Assembly (NCBI RefSeq): GCF_028641065.1
Contig: NC_073384.1
Span: 61,256,001 to 61,320,000 of the forward strand
Source of the DNA: Leucoraja erinacea
Lineage: Eukaryota
Length of the DNA stretch: 64,000 bases
Reading direction: 5' to 3'
Position 1 is the stretch's first letter. Each line of letters starts with the position of its first letter. The position numbers were made by a program, and so were the translations under genes. Of this stretch, positions 10,882 through 22,830 are shown one piece after another. The notes under the pieces were generated by a model. It ran no database searches, was not told the origin of the DNA, and saw only the letters and a list, made by a program, of their open reading frames with translations.

Positions 10882-13631
10882 ATGGAAACCCTGTTAAAAT
10901 CCATCTTGACCCTGGATAGGCAATATTCTGAAGCACCCACCACCCAATTATACAAAAGCCGTGCTGATTTACAAACGAAATTCAATCTTTTATCTACTAA
11001 TCAAACAGAACAACTAATTCTCCGGACTCGTGGTCTCTATTATGAATATGGTGATAAGGCAAGCCGGCTTATAGCTCACCAACTGAAGCGTCAATCCGCG
11101 TCACGGCTTATTCCTCAGATAAGAGACATACACCAAGACATAACAAGCAATCCAAAAGAAATAAACAATACTTTCACAGCCTTTTATTCTTCTCTTTACA
11201 CCTCAGAATTCCCCTTGGATACTATGAGTATGGAAACTTTCTTAGACGATTTGGAAATACCCACTCTGGAATTAGAAGACGCAGAAAATCTAGACCAACC
11301 CCTTGGGCAGGAAGAGATTAATAATGCCATTATGGCGATGCAGAGTGGTAAAACCCCGGGCCCTGACGGCTACCCATTAGAATATTATAAGAAATTTAAG
11401 GATAAGCTCACACCTGTTCTTTTAGAAATGTTTCAAGAATCTTTGGAAATAGGTTCATTACCCCTCACTCTTTCACAGGCATCTATTTCACTTCTTCTTA
11501 AAAAAACAAGGATCCGGCTCAATGTGGATCATACCGCCCCATCGCACTTTTGAATGCAGATGTAAAAATTTTGGCGAAGGCGCTGGCTTGCCGTTTAGAA
11601 TACCAACTTCACAAAATAATCTCAGAAGATCAAACAGGTTTCATTAAAAATCGTCATTCCTTTTCTAATATCCGCCGATTGGCCAGTGTGGTCTATTCGC
11701 CCAGTGCTTCTCCACGCCCAGAGGCTGTTATCCCTTTGGACGTGGAGAAGGCATTCGATCGAGTGGAGTGGTCATATTTGTTCAGAGTCTTGGAGAGATT
11801 TGGATTTGGCAAAAAATTTGTAGCCTGGGTTAAGCTATTATATCATTCACCCTTAGCATGTGTACAGACAAATTATTTGCGATCTGATTATTTTCAATTA
11901 ACACGTGGCACTCGTCGAGACTGCCCATTGTCTCCACTTCTTTTTACACTTAGGTCAACCACATTATTCCAGAGCTTTAGGAGAGGAAACAGGGAACATT
12001 GTGTGTCTCTATATGCCGACGACCTTCTTCTTTATGTGAGCGACCCTACAGCCAGTGGCCCTGCAATTGTGTCCTTGTTGGATCAGTTCGGGACTTTTTC
12101 CGGCTATAAACTAAACCTCCAAAAAAGCAAATGCTTTCCCATCAACCTAGCCCTACAGATCCAACAGGAAACCCTGCCCTTTCCCATATCTCAAGAAGAT
12201 TTTGTATATTTAGGAATACACATCACCCGCTTTTTCACATCCCTGTTTGCAGCTAACTACATGCCTCAAGTTAGCCAAATGAAGGCTGACTTTGAGAGAT
12301 GGCGTAGTCTGCCACTCACTATGGCTGGGAGAGTGCAGTCAGTGAAGATGACTGTACTTCCCAGATTTCTTTACTTGTTCCAATGTTTGCCGGTTTTCCT
12401 ACCCAAGTCATTTTTTAACTCGGTTAACCAATCTATAACCTCCTTTATATGGGGTAACAAGGTTCCAAGGGTCAATAAGTGCACTCTCCAAAGAGGTCGT
12501 GAAGTAGGTGGACTGGGCCTTCCTAGCTTTATTAATTATTACTGGGCATCCAATATCCAAAAGATATTATTCTGGCTCCACCGACCAGATACAGACTGGT
12601 GTCTGCTTGAATCACAATCCTGTTACTCCTCGTCTCTCCCAGCTTTAGTATATTCCTCCCTGCCATTGAAACCCGCTAGATTTACATCCAACCCTGTCGT
12701 ACTATCCACCATTAACATTTTTAACCAATTTTGTTGCCATTATAATCTTACCTCAGCTTCAGTTCTGGGTCCCATTCATAGTAACCATTTATTCCCCCCC
12801 TCTACACTTGACTCAACCTTTCAACAGTGGGGTTTGAATGGTCTTATGTGCATTAAGGATTTATACACTAACAACATATTTGATAGTTTCGACAATCTAC
12901 ACAAAAAACATGGCCTCCTACATAATCATTTCTTTAAATATCTTCAGGTCCACCACTTTGTCATGAAAAAATGTCCTTCTTTTCCTGATCTCCCTCCTGG
13001 CACAGTGTTGGATAAACTCACTCTTACCTTTGCAAATAAAGGACTGATCTCTGCAGTATATTCTCAATTGATGTATTTAGGAGATCAAAACCTGAACAAA
13101 GTTAAAGCTAGGTGGGAGGATGACCTTGGTATGGATCTGTCTGAGGAATGCTGGACAGAAGCGCTGAAAAAAGTCCACTCCTCGTCATCATGTGCTAGAT
13201 TGGGGCTCATACAATTTAAGGTTTTGCACAGGATTCATTTAAGCAAAGCCAGGCTTGCTAACATATATCCAGGGATGGACGCTGGCTGTGACAGGTGCTC
13301 GTTCTCTCCAGCCAATCTAGCTCTTGTATTCTAGTCTTGCCCCAAACTTGTTAACTACTAGGCAGTGGTTTTTAAAACCATCAGTGAAGTCCTTGGGATG
13401 ACAGTGAGACCTTGCCCGCATGTAGTTGTATTTGGTGTAACAGATAAAACCTTGGGTTTAAATACAACCCAGTCTGATATCATTACATTTACATCACTTT
13501 TGGCCCATAGGAGAATCTTGCTGGTCTGGAAATCTACCACTCCTCCATCTGCCGCTACTTGGCTGGAAGACGTCATGTTTTTTTTAAGGCTAGAAAAGAT
13601 TAAATTCACATTGAGGGGGTCTGTGAAATAG
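10882..13631 (+). pseudogene. L1 ORF2 remnant (RT and C-terminal zinc knuckle), frameshift near 11505 and stops at 13332 and 13359
   Basis: GKTPGPDG, DQTGFI, KAFDRVEW, GTRRDCPLSPLLF, LYADDLLLY, GGLGLP, CDRC..C. Confidence 0.93.
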
Positions 13632-13713
13632 TTTTATTTGAAATGGGAACCCTTTTTATCATACTTTGAGGGTCTAAAGGAACTACCTATTGACTGAGGG
13701 CACTTGACAGTAA

Positions 13714-14090
13714 TAGGCCATTCTCACGGGGCGACTTGTCGCAAGATGTAACCAGAGTGAAGTGGTCGTGGTCTAGCACGATATCACATGATATAACGGG
13801 GGGTAGATAAAGAGTTCCCACGGTACTCGGAATTTCTGTTATTTGTGCGAGTGACTTGTCCGTCTCCCGAGCTTTCCCGTTAAATCTTGAATGAACATTG
13901 TGAACTGTGAAGTGTCACGTGGCACAAATGATGTCACTTTTTTTTTCACACACTATAAATATCCTCCCTTGGTTGAATTGGCTCATTTGGAGACATGCCT
14001 GTACTAATGCCGTGACTTTACTGCAGGAAGATGCCACATTACTTAGACGATGTTAGTTGCGCCCAAGTTTAAATTTCCAACGTGTGTTTC
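13714..14090. mobile_element. Probable truncated non-autonomous DNA transposon (Harbinger-like end)
   Basis: TAA followed by taggccattctcacggggcgact, resembling the MITE terminus at 28037; CpG-rich; no second end seen. Confidence 0.4.
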
Positions 14091-14092
14091 AG

Positions 14093-14265
14093 AAGTATCA
14101 CAGATCCCCACCTTTATAAATTTCTATCTGGCAGTGTTTTCTGTCTCAGGAATTTCAGCCCTTTGTCTATATTTGATGACAGTAACTACAGACAAAGGGC
14201 TGAAATTCCTGAGACAGAAAACACTGCCAGATAGAAATTTATAAAGGTGGGGATCTGTGGTACTT
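14093..14265. repeat. Near-perfect palindrome: 76-bp arms, 21-nt loop
   Basis: 14093-14168 is the reverse complement of 14190-14265 with one mismatch. Confidence 0.97.
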
Positions 14266-14319
14266 GTAAAGAGTCAGCGCAGAATCCTTGATAATCAAAA
14301 ACTGTCTGAATCAGCAAGT

Positions 14320-14888
14320 TAGACACAAAATGCTGGAGTAACTCAGCGGGCCAAGCAGCATCTCTGGAGAAAAGGAATAGATTCCATTTTTGGTCTGGAC
14401 CCTTCTTCGAGATGATTGTAGGGGGGAACTGGAAGCAAGAAAAGACCGGGACAAATCAGGGCCAACAACAGATGACCTCAGCAGGGTATTTTGAAGAGGG
14501 GTCCCGATCCAAAATGTCGCCTAACCCTTTCCTCCAGAGATGCTGCCTGACCCACTGAGTCACTCCAGCACTTTATGTCTATATTTGGTTCCCTGATAGG
14601 CCAATTGTTGGCTAGGGATAGTGTGATCCCAAGAGGGGACCATCGTTGCAAACCTTGGCCTGGTTAACCAACATTTACTGCATGGGGGGGGGGGGGGGGG
14701 GGGGGGGGCAGGAGGGGGTGGGCAGGGGAGAGAGAGAGAGAGTGTAAGTTACCTAAAATCAAATAATTCAATGTTCATAGTGAACACAGACCCAAAATGT
14801 TGGAGTAACTCAATGGGTCAGGCAACATCTCTGGAGAAAATGAACAGGTGGCGTTTGTGTCTATCTTTGGTAAAAACCAGCATCCGCC
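14320..14888. mobile_element. Cluster of Penelope terminal repeats (minus copy containing a plus copy at about 14490-14590, then another fragment)
   Basis: gacacaaaatgctggagtaactcagcggg at 14321, its reverse complement ending near 14585, a further piece at about 14790. Confidence 0.75.
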
Positions 14889-15789
14889 TTTATTATGTTT
14901 TGTTACTTTATTATTGTTAAAAAGTGCATTTGATTTTGTGATATATTTGGATTGTGAAAAATTAAGCTGCCAAGGGGTGTTTAGGGAGGGTGGGTAAGTG
15001 TTATTTTGTTTATATTATTATTATTGTTATTTATAAAAAACAAAATGGAGGAAAATGTAATGCCATACGTCAGATGTACTGTGAATTTTTTTTTTCCCTC
15101 CAATAAAAAACTATTAATTAAAAAAAAAAAAATGTTCTTTCCAAATAAAAAGCCTCTGTAGTCATTGACCGATAAAATATTCACTGAAAAAGCAAACACT
15201 GCTGTACATTGGACTACAGTAATATGCAGGTATAATCTAATTTACCAACCTGATCTTCAGAATTTAGGTTTGTTTTTTGTTTTTTTAAAAGCAAAGTAAT
15301 TAGCCTTTATTTCTCCGGGATCATATATTGCCCAAATATCACTAAGGCGACATCAGAAACAAATATTGAAGAGTAATCACCCGACCATCAAATGCGAGTC
15401 CAAAGAGCCTTACTCCAAAACCCAAGTACACTTTTAATACAATTTCTGAATTCAATCTGATGAATACTGAATTTACCGCAAAAAAAAAACTAAATTTAAT
15501 GTGTTACCATACTGCTGAAGAATACATACAAGATATAAAGCTCTTTATCAGGGTGCTCTGACACTGAACTCAAGAGATAAGCTGCCGTTAGCTATTTACC
15601 CATTTAGCATTTTGTATTGGTGAGCAACACCATACAAAGCCAAAACACATTTTTTGCTTTTCTGTTCTCACAAAATAACTGAAAGGTCATGTCACATATG
15701 CTAAACAAGCTAAAGAAAGTTTCAAAACAAAACCTTGCAAGAAAGAAATTGTACGCGTTCCGGATAAGAACCAGACCCCATTGTGATTT

Positions 15790-16287
15790 GTGTTCAAGAA
15801 GGAACTGCAGATGCTGGAAGATCGAAGGTACACAAAAATGCTGGAGAAACTCAGCGGGTGCTGCAGCATCTATGGAGCGAAGGAAATAGGCGACGTTTCG
15901 GGCCGAAACCCTTCTTCAGACTGATGGGGGGGGGGGGGGGGGGGGGGGGGGAAGGAAGGGAAAAGGGGGGAGGAGGAGCCCGAGGGCAGGGGGATGGGAG
16001 GAGACAGCTCGAGGGTTAAGGAAGGGGAGGAGACAGCAAGGGCTAGCAAAACTGGGAGAATTCAACGTTCATGCCATCCGGACGCAAGCAACTCAGGCGG
16101 AATATGAGGTGTTGTTCCTCCAATTTCCAGTGTTGCTCACTCTGGCAATGGAGGAAACCCAGAACAGAGAGGTCGGATTGGGAATTGGAGGGGGAGTTGA
16201 AGTGCTGAGCCACCGGGAGTTCAGGTAGGTTATTGCGGACTGAGCGGAGGTGTTCGGCGAAACGATCGCCCAACCTCCGCTTAGTCT
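15790..16287 (-). mobile_element. Young 5'-truncated Penelope-like element (GIY-YIG C-terminus and terminal repeat) with 14-bp TSD
   Basis: GETKRRLGDRFAEHLRSV...VAQHFN...EQHLIF..L.PDGMN; TSD ccccattgtgattt at 15776 and 16288. Confidence 0.93.
15892..15919 (-). ncRNA. Minimal hammerhead ribozyme motif (Penelope type)
   Basis: CUGAAGA-A-GGGUU-UC-GGCCC-GAAA-CG-UC: conserved core, stem II, palindromic ACGU in place of stem III; stem I is weak. Confidence 0.65.
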
Positions 16288-16499
16288 CCCCATTGTGATT
16301 TATTCTCGCCCTATTCTCAGAAGGATTATCTTTCTGAGTATAGAATAATTCTGTCTGAGGATAATTTCAGAGTACTTCTGATTAAAAATGACTTAGTCGC
16401 TTGGCATTCTCCCCACTGGGATGAAAAGGTATGAACCAGCGACTGTATGAGACCCACCTACTCAAAATAAATGACTCAAAATGCCCTTTGGCTTAACTA

Positions 16500-17540
16500 G
16501 TTCATGTGCACCAAGTGGGCATTGTGGGCTCATCTCATTTACCAGCATTTGGTTCAAATCATTCTAAATACTTCCTATTTATATATTTCCCCAAATCTGT
16601 TTGACAGTCGTAATTATTTCACCTTTTATAGCTTCCTCTGGCAGCTAATTCCAGATACAGACTACCCTTTGAGTGAAATCACTGTCCCTGGAGCCCTTCT
16701 TAAATGTCTGCCCGCTCATCTGATATTTATGTTCTCTAATTTTAGAATCCTCTACCTCAGAAAAAGTGTGAACGTTCACTTTGTTCACATCTCTCACAAT
16801 TTTGTATACTTCAATTAAAAATATGGTCACACCATAGATTAATATAGCTAAATAACGCTACACCTTTTATACTCGATACCAATGATGGCAAGCGTGCCAA
16901 ATGCCTTTTGCACAATCGGACCTATCTAAACTTTTGTTATCCATGTATTTTAAATGTTGTTATTATACCCGTCTTAACTACTGCCTCTAACAGCCTTTCC
17001 ATCAACCTGCCACCTGCTGTCTGAACAAATTGCCTTTCAGGTTCCTATTAAATCTTTTCCCTCTCAAACATATATGTTCAAATTCTTGAACCCCTTGGAA
17101 AAATAGACTGTGTATTCACCCTGTCTATGTCTCTCAAAATTTCATACACCTCCATCAGGTTACCACTCATCCTCCTGGGCTCCAGGAATAAAGGAATAAA
17201 ATGATTGTGAGCATTCACATTAGCCATGCCCCTCATGATCCTAACCACCTCAATAAGGTCATCGTTCAGCCTCCAATGCTTCAAGGAAGGAGGTCTCAGC
17301 CTATTCAACCTCTTCCTATATCTCAAGCCTGCAAATCCAGGTAACATCTTGGTGAATCTCCCCAATATCTTTTACAACTTAATAACATCTTACCTATGGC
17401 TGGGTGACCAGAACTACACACAGAACCTCAACTGTAGTCACACCAAAGACTTGTGCAGCAGCATCATGGTGTTCTAACTTTTGTACTCAATACCCTTTCC
17501 AATGAAGGCCAGTGTGTCAAACATCTTCACTCCATGTTTG
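16500..17540 (-). mobile_element. Stack of old CR1 3' fragments
   Basis: Repeated RFTKMLPG, DLIEV(Y)KI and FTQRVVCIWN motifs. Confidence 0.8.
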
Positions 17541-18837
17541 CAATTTACCTTTCCTTGGCCCACCTCCCCAACAGATTTAGATTCTGTTGTATACTTTGGT
17601 AGCCTCCGTTGAGAAGGCGCAATTTCATGAAATGGTGCAGTTCATATCGTGAGCATGCTTCCACAATCTCCGTTAGGTAGAGAATGCCAGAATTTTTCTC
17701 CCATAGCAGTACACATAAATATAAATTTTAAACATGCTGATAAATGAAAGATATTTCTTGATCCTCTGGGTGCTTTAATTTTTAATGACATTAGTAAAAT
17801 AGCAGAAGGAAGAAAAATGATACGTTAAATAAAATCTGTATTTATGGAGTTGTGAATTATAGCAAGCAGTACCAGTACAGAGTGGATCCACAATGAAATA
17901 AAAGGATACACACATGTTGCTGGCAGGAAAATCCCTATCTTCCCCTAATCTTGAGTGCGTTATCCAAGACCAAATTTCCATGCAAACACTGAGTACTCGA
18001 TCCACTATTTAATTACTTTTAAAAGTAACGAGCACAGTAATGTATTGGATTGGATATCAATAAATATCTCATTGCACCCAATGTAGATGAAAAACTGATT
18101 TATCTGAAATGTTGCTTCTCTGCAGCTTTGGGTTTATGAGCTAGATTTCCAACACATAAGCAAGTCCACAGCCTGTTTTGCATTAATGAACATACATAAG
18201 ATAGCAAAAGATAAAACAAAAAAGTAAAAATGTTGGCAAACCACAAGAAAGTGGTTCAGCCTCCAATGCTTCAAGGAAGGAGGTCTCAGCCTATTCAACC
18301 ACTGTTCTCATAAAGAAAACAGTACTAATTGAATGTAACGTCCATTGTGAATTAGGTGCATCTGATCTGGTGGCTTGATGTGACCGGTTTCCTCTGCCGC
18401 TATATTTTTTTAAGTAACATAACCATATCCTTAGATCTAAGACTAACAAACAACGTTAAATTGTTTTTTTTTCATTCTCTGCTCAAATGTAGTCTGAGCT
18501 GCTGGATATTTCCAATATTTTCTATCTGCAAAGATTCCAGTTTTTTATATTCTAGGGTTTTGTATCTCACAGGTCCAGCAATTTTTCTCCTGTCTCCTCA
18601 TTCATCTATTTGCATGTCCTATTTGTATATCCTCCAGACAGACCATTTGTAATTGACATATCCAACACCTTCTTACAGACAGCAGAATGGTATCTGCAGC
18701 ACAGCCTCTCTTCCTCCCTCCCACCCTATCATCGATGTGCCCTTTAATCTAACAACAGAAACACTCAACAGGTCAGGCAGCCTCAGTGGAAAGAGAAGAA
18801 GCTGTTAATGTTTCAGGTCCAGGACACTTCATCAGAA

Positions 18838-18965
18838 GTCTGAAGAAGGGTTTTGGCCCGAAACGTTGCCTATCTCTTTCACTCCATAGATGCTGCTGCA
18901 CCCGCTGAGTTCCTCCAGCATTTTTGTGTACCTTCGATTTTCCAGCATCTGCAATTCCTTGCTAA
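18838..18965 (+). mobile_element. 128-bp Penelope terminal unit starting at the hammerhead motif, with 14-bp flanking duplication
   Basis: gtCTGAAGAagggttttggcccGAAAcgtt; acacttcatcagaa at 18824 and 18966; inserted in an older opposite-strand copy. Confidence 0.85.
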
Positions 18966-19041
18966 ACACTTCATCAGAAATTGGAAAGAGAGAAAACAGA
19001 ATGTTGTTAGACACAAGATGGAAGAGATGTGATGAGATGAA

Positions 19042-19461
19042 ACATAGAAACATAGAAACATAGAAATTAGGTGCAGGAGTAGGCCATTCGGCCCTTCGAG
19101 CCTGCACCGCCATTCAATATGATCATGGCTGATCAACCAACTCAGTATCCCGTACCTGCCTTCTCTCCATACCCTCCGATCCCCTTGGCCACAAGGGCCA
19201 CATCTAACTCCCTCTTAAATATAGCCAATGAACTGGCCTCAACTACCCTCTGTGGCAGAGAGTTCCAGAGATTCACCACTCTCTGTGTGAAAAAGGTTCT
19301 CCTCATCTCGGTTCTAAAGGATTTCCCCCTTATCCTTAAGCTGTGACCCCTTGTCCTGGACTTCCCCAACATCGGGAACAATCTTCCCGCATCTAGCCTG
19401 TCCAACCCCTTAAGAATTTTGTAAGTTTCTATAAGATCCCCTCTCAATCTCCTAAATTCTA
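19042..19461 (-). mobile_element. Young 5'-truncated CR1 LINE
   Basis: LEFRRLRGDLIETYKIL...VNLWNSLP, (catagaaa)n tail, candidate TSD gagatgaa; same subfamily as 59251-60153. Confidence 0.93.
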
Positions 19462-19679
19462 GAGATGAATGTGGCAATTGGACGACAGTTGTTTTAAAAA
19501 ACATGTTTCCTCTTGTTCTCTCTCCCCTTCTCTTTTGCTCCAATGGAAAACAACCTTCTTCCCTTTATGTTGCAGTTTTGATGAAAGGCCATTAACCTGA
19601 ACCTTTTCATTTACTTCTTATTTCACAGATGCTCCTGAGCACTTCCAGCATTTTCGATCTTTGTCAGTCCATTCATTAA

Positions 19680-19838
19680 TTTGGACACTGTCCTACATTT
19701 ATGTAGGATGTTTAATGTTTATGTGTTATTTCTAACTGTCACTGTATGTCATGTTGTCACTTGCGGACGGAGCACCAAGGCAAATTCCTTGTATGTGAAT
19801 ACTCGGCCAATAAACATATTAATTAATTCATTCATTCA
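19680..19838 (+). mobile_element. LINE 3' tail fragment (Rex or L2-like)
   Basis: ggagcaccaaggcaaattccttgtatgtgaatact.ggccaataaac followed by (attc)n. Confidence 0.55.
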
Positions 19839-21572
19839 TGTAGCTAGATCTCACAATGGGGAAAACATGATGTAAAACATTTAAAGTTTTTCCTAAACTT
19901 TCCCAAAATAAAGGATATGCCTGCGTCCAGTTTAAAACATTCCCATAACAACAATACATTTCATACCATAGCTATTCTATCATTACTTACTGCATTATGG
20001 ATGTTACACCTAAACATCAAATGCCACAGCACAATGAGTATCTGTTACTTTGTAATAAGCACATTAGCACCAAACTGCAAGACACCTACTACTTTCTGGA
20101 CAAATTTGTCATGTTGTTTATAGCCCAGACATAGGGATAAATAATGAGCAAATGCAGGTGCTATGTTTCCGATTAATAAGATTTTTTAGGTCAGCTATCA
20201 TTTGCGAAAAAGTGTTATGTTATCATATTGAACCACACTGGAATTGTACAATATATATAACTCATCTCTGGAGTAATGATAAACATTTCATAATGTTTTG
20301 TAACATAACCATAATGAAAGTGGCCAAAGTCGGCCTAGATCATATTGTTACCAACAGACAGCAAATAGTACCTCAACCTGTTTGTATTGTGCTTGGAATT
20401 ATGTAGATAATATAACAGAATTTATGAGGATGTTGTCAGGACTCGAAGGCCTGAGCAAGAGGGAGAGATTGGGCAAGCTGGGGCAGATAGGCATATGGAT
20501 ATGAAGAAATAGAGGCATATAGATGCATTTAAAGACCTAGCTCACCCAGTTTCTTCTGATAATCCAAGCCCTCCTATTTAGATATTATCCGTGTAGATAT
20601 TTTTTGCATTCTCTCTAGCTTAATCATATTGTTCAGGTGCGGAGACCTGAACTGCACACAATACTCCATGCAGCTTAAACAGTATTTTGTACAACTTTAT
20701 CATTTAAGATCAGCAAACATCAATGCATAAGATTGATTAGGAGAAGCAATGATACAAGGCCCCAAGGAATAGATGGGCTGGCACTGTGGCAGTGGTTGAT
20801 TGATGGCTGCTACCTTGAAGTTGCTGTATTGGGATATTTGTTATTTGTTCAATGCAGCATTGACCATTTTCTATATAGGTTCTTGTTTGGCATTTGTAGA
20901 GAAGCCACCATCACCAGTAAGTAATAACCAATGGATCTTGATTTTTAACTTTAATATATAGCCTGCAACTTCTGTAGAACATCTATCGTGGTAATGGTGG
21001 AAAATACAAAGATATGAATGTACAGAATCTTTGTACTGTTAATGCAATAACTGTAAGGCATTTTAATTATGTATAGCAATATGCCCCTTTATGCTTGTGC
21101 ATCTTTTCATGACCATTGATCCAGAACTACATCTATCTGATCCTGAATCATAAGATGGAAGTTGTAATTGTGAAACATCACCACCTACTTCTGTCTCTTG
21201 ATGACAAAAGCTGATGCACCATGGTCATGAAGAAGCCAAGACATTTTTGTTCTCCTAACATTTGCACAGAGATTGGATTTTGCACAGGAGTTTCAAAGCA
21301 GCATCACGCAGGACTTCCAATGAAGTTAACTGATATATGGACATATTACACACGTCATCCATCAACCGTGCTCAAACAGTAGCTTATTCTCTTCATTTTC
21401 CTCATGGGGTTTAAGGCTATTTTCTCAGCAGGATCTACTCAGAGAACAATTTAAGGACTAATTGATAAAAGAATGGCAGAGTTACATCACTTTGTTGACA
21501 ATCTGTCTCTTTGAATGTTTCTGAATCGCTGTGATATTCAGGAACATTTAAACAAACAGAAAAAGTATTATA

Positions 21573-21707
21573 CCCATCTGAAGAAGGGTCTTGACCCAAA
21601 ACGTCAACCATTCCTTCCCTCCAGTGATGCTGCCTGTCCCGCTGAGTTACTCCAGCATTTTGTGTCTATCTTCGATTTAAACCAGCATCTGCAGTTCTCT
21701 CGTACAC
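21573..21707 (+). mobile_element. Penelope terminal unit with candidate TSD
   Basis: ctgaagaagggtcttgacccaaaacgtc...; gtattata at 21565 and 21714. Confidence 0.8.
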
Positions 21708-22159
21708 AAAAATGTATTATAGTTTCGTGTCTTCGATAAGGTGATAATGATGAAGACTAAAGTTACTTTAAAAGCCCCATCTCTTTCCATGGAATTTTAT
21801 TCCACCTGCAACTCATATCACCTGGATTCCAAAATTATCCATCTGAACATGGTCTTCACTATTTACATTGTTCCCAAGGCCTCCACTATTTTTTTTGTTA
21901 GCAAATGGATCAATTGTGCTAACTCCTGATGCGTAATATTGAGTGGTACCCAAGCCAAATGTGGTGGATCCTGAGCCTTGCCCGTGGAGAAACAACATGC
22001 AGTAAATAATTTTGTGGCTGTCTCTAAATGTTTAAATAATTGAAATAAATTAAATATATTTTAAAGTTTTAAAGTTTAAAACGTAACAGTTTACTTAAAA
22101 TACAGTTACATAAATTAATTGAAACCATTTTATTTAATTACTAATCCTATCTCATTTTG

Positions 22160-22830
22160 ATTCAGGAACTCCAGCAGCCCTTCTAGGTGAGATAGAGTTC
22201 ACCTGCAACTCTTCTGACCTCAACTACTGCATTCAGTGGTCCCAATGTAGCTACCTAGACTAGGTGACCATTTTGCTTAACACTTGCACTAGAAGCCAAG
22301 GTCTTCTGGCTCTCACGGTTGTTAACCAATTTAACTTCCTTTCCCATTTCCAGATCTACCTTTCTGTCCTTGGCCTCCTCCATTATTAAAGTGAGGCCAC
22401 AAGCAAACTGGAAGAACAACACTTCATATTCCCTTTGGTAGCCTACAACCCAATGGTGTGAACATTCAATTCTTCAATTTTAAATCATATCCCCCCCCCC
22501 TCGTTTTTCCCTGCTCTCCCATCCCAGCGTGCACAACCCCCCTACCATCTACCACCAATGTAGACATCCTGTTCCTTGTCCATCCTTCATGCACTCATCT
22601 TCCCATATTTCTCTTTTATCCCCTCCCTTTCAACTTGATCACTCCTTCCAACAAATACTCCCCCTCTGGCTTTACATATTAAACTTATCTGATACCTACT
22701 CGTCTCTTTTTCAACTTTAGCCTTTGCACTTGCTCCACCCACCTGAATATCATCCCTCCTATCCTGTATCCACTTATCACCTTAAGTTAAGGAAGTTTAA
22801 GGAAGTTAAATGGCATCTGCAGTTTCTTGT
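22160..22830 (+). mobile_element. Decayed Penelope GIY-YIG and 3' region
   Basis: FTC.SS.L.YCI, KLEEQHFIF, LQPNGVNI remnants followed by a pyrimidine-rich 3' UTR. Confidence 0.75.

Larger units (their letters stand above)
10825..15130 (+). mobile_element. 5'-truncated L1-clade LINE with poly(A) tail and TSD; 3' UTR interrupted at about 13711-14890
   Basis: ORF2 remnant, AATAAA at 15102, A-tail at 15120-15132, TSD aatgttctttc at 10814-10824 and 15131-15141. Confidence 0.9.

Noticed and set aside
14684-14708. Long G/C homopolymers (also near 15925, 35772, 39522, 40632, 43329) as G-quadruplex elements
   Set aside because: Mostly within repeat UTRs, and homopolymer lengths are unreliable in assemblies
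20879-20916. Possible 38-nt exon (tag/GTTC...ACCA/gtaagt)
   Set aside because: Too short to distinguish from chance and no partner exons identified
21813-21998. Gly/Ser/Asn-rich 61-aa minus-strand ORF as a possible exon
   Set aside because: Weak splice sites and no recognisable homology
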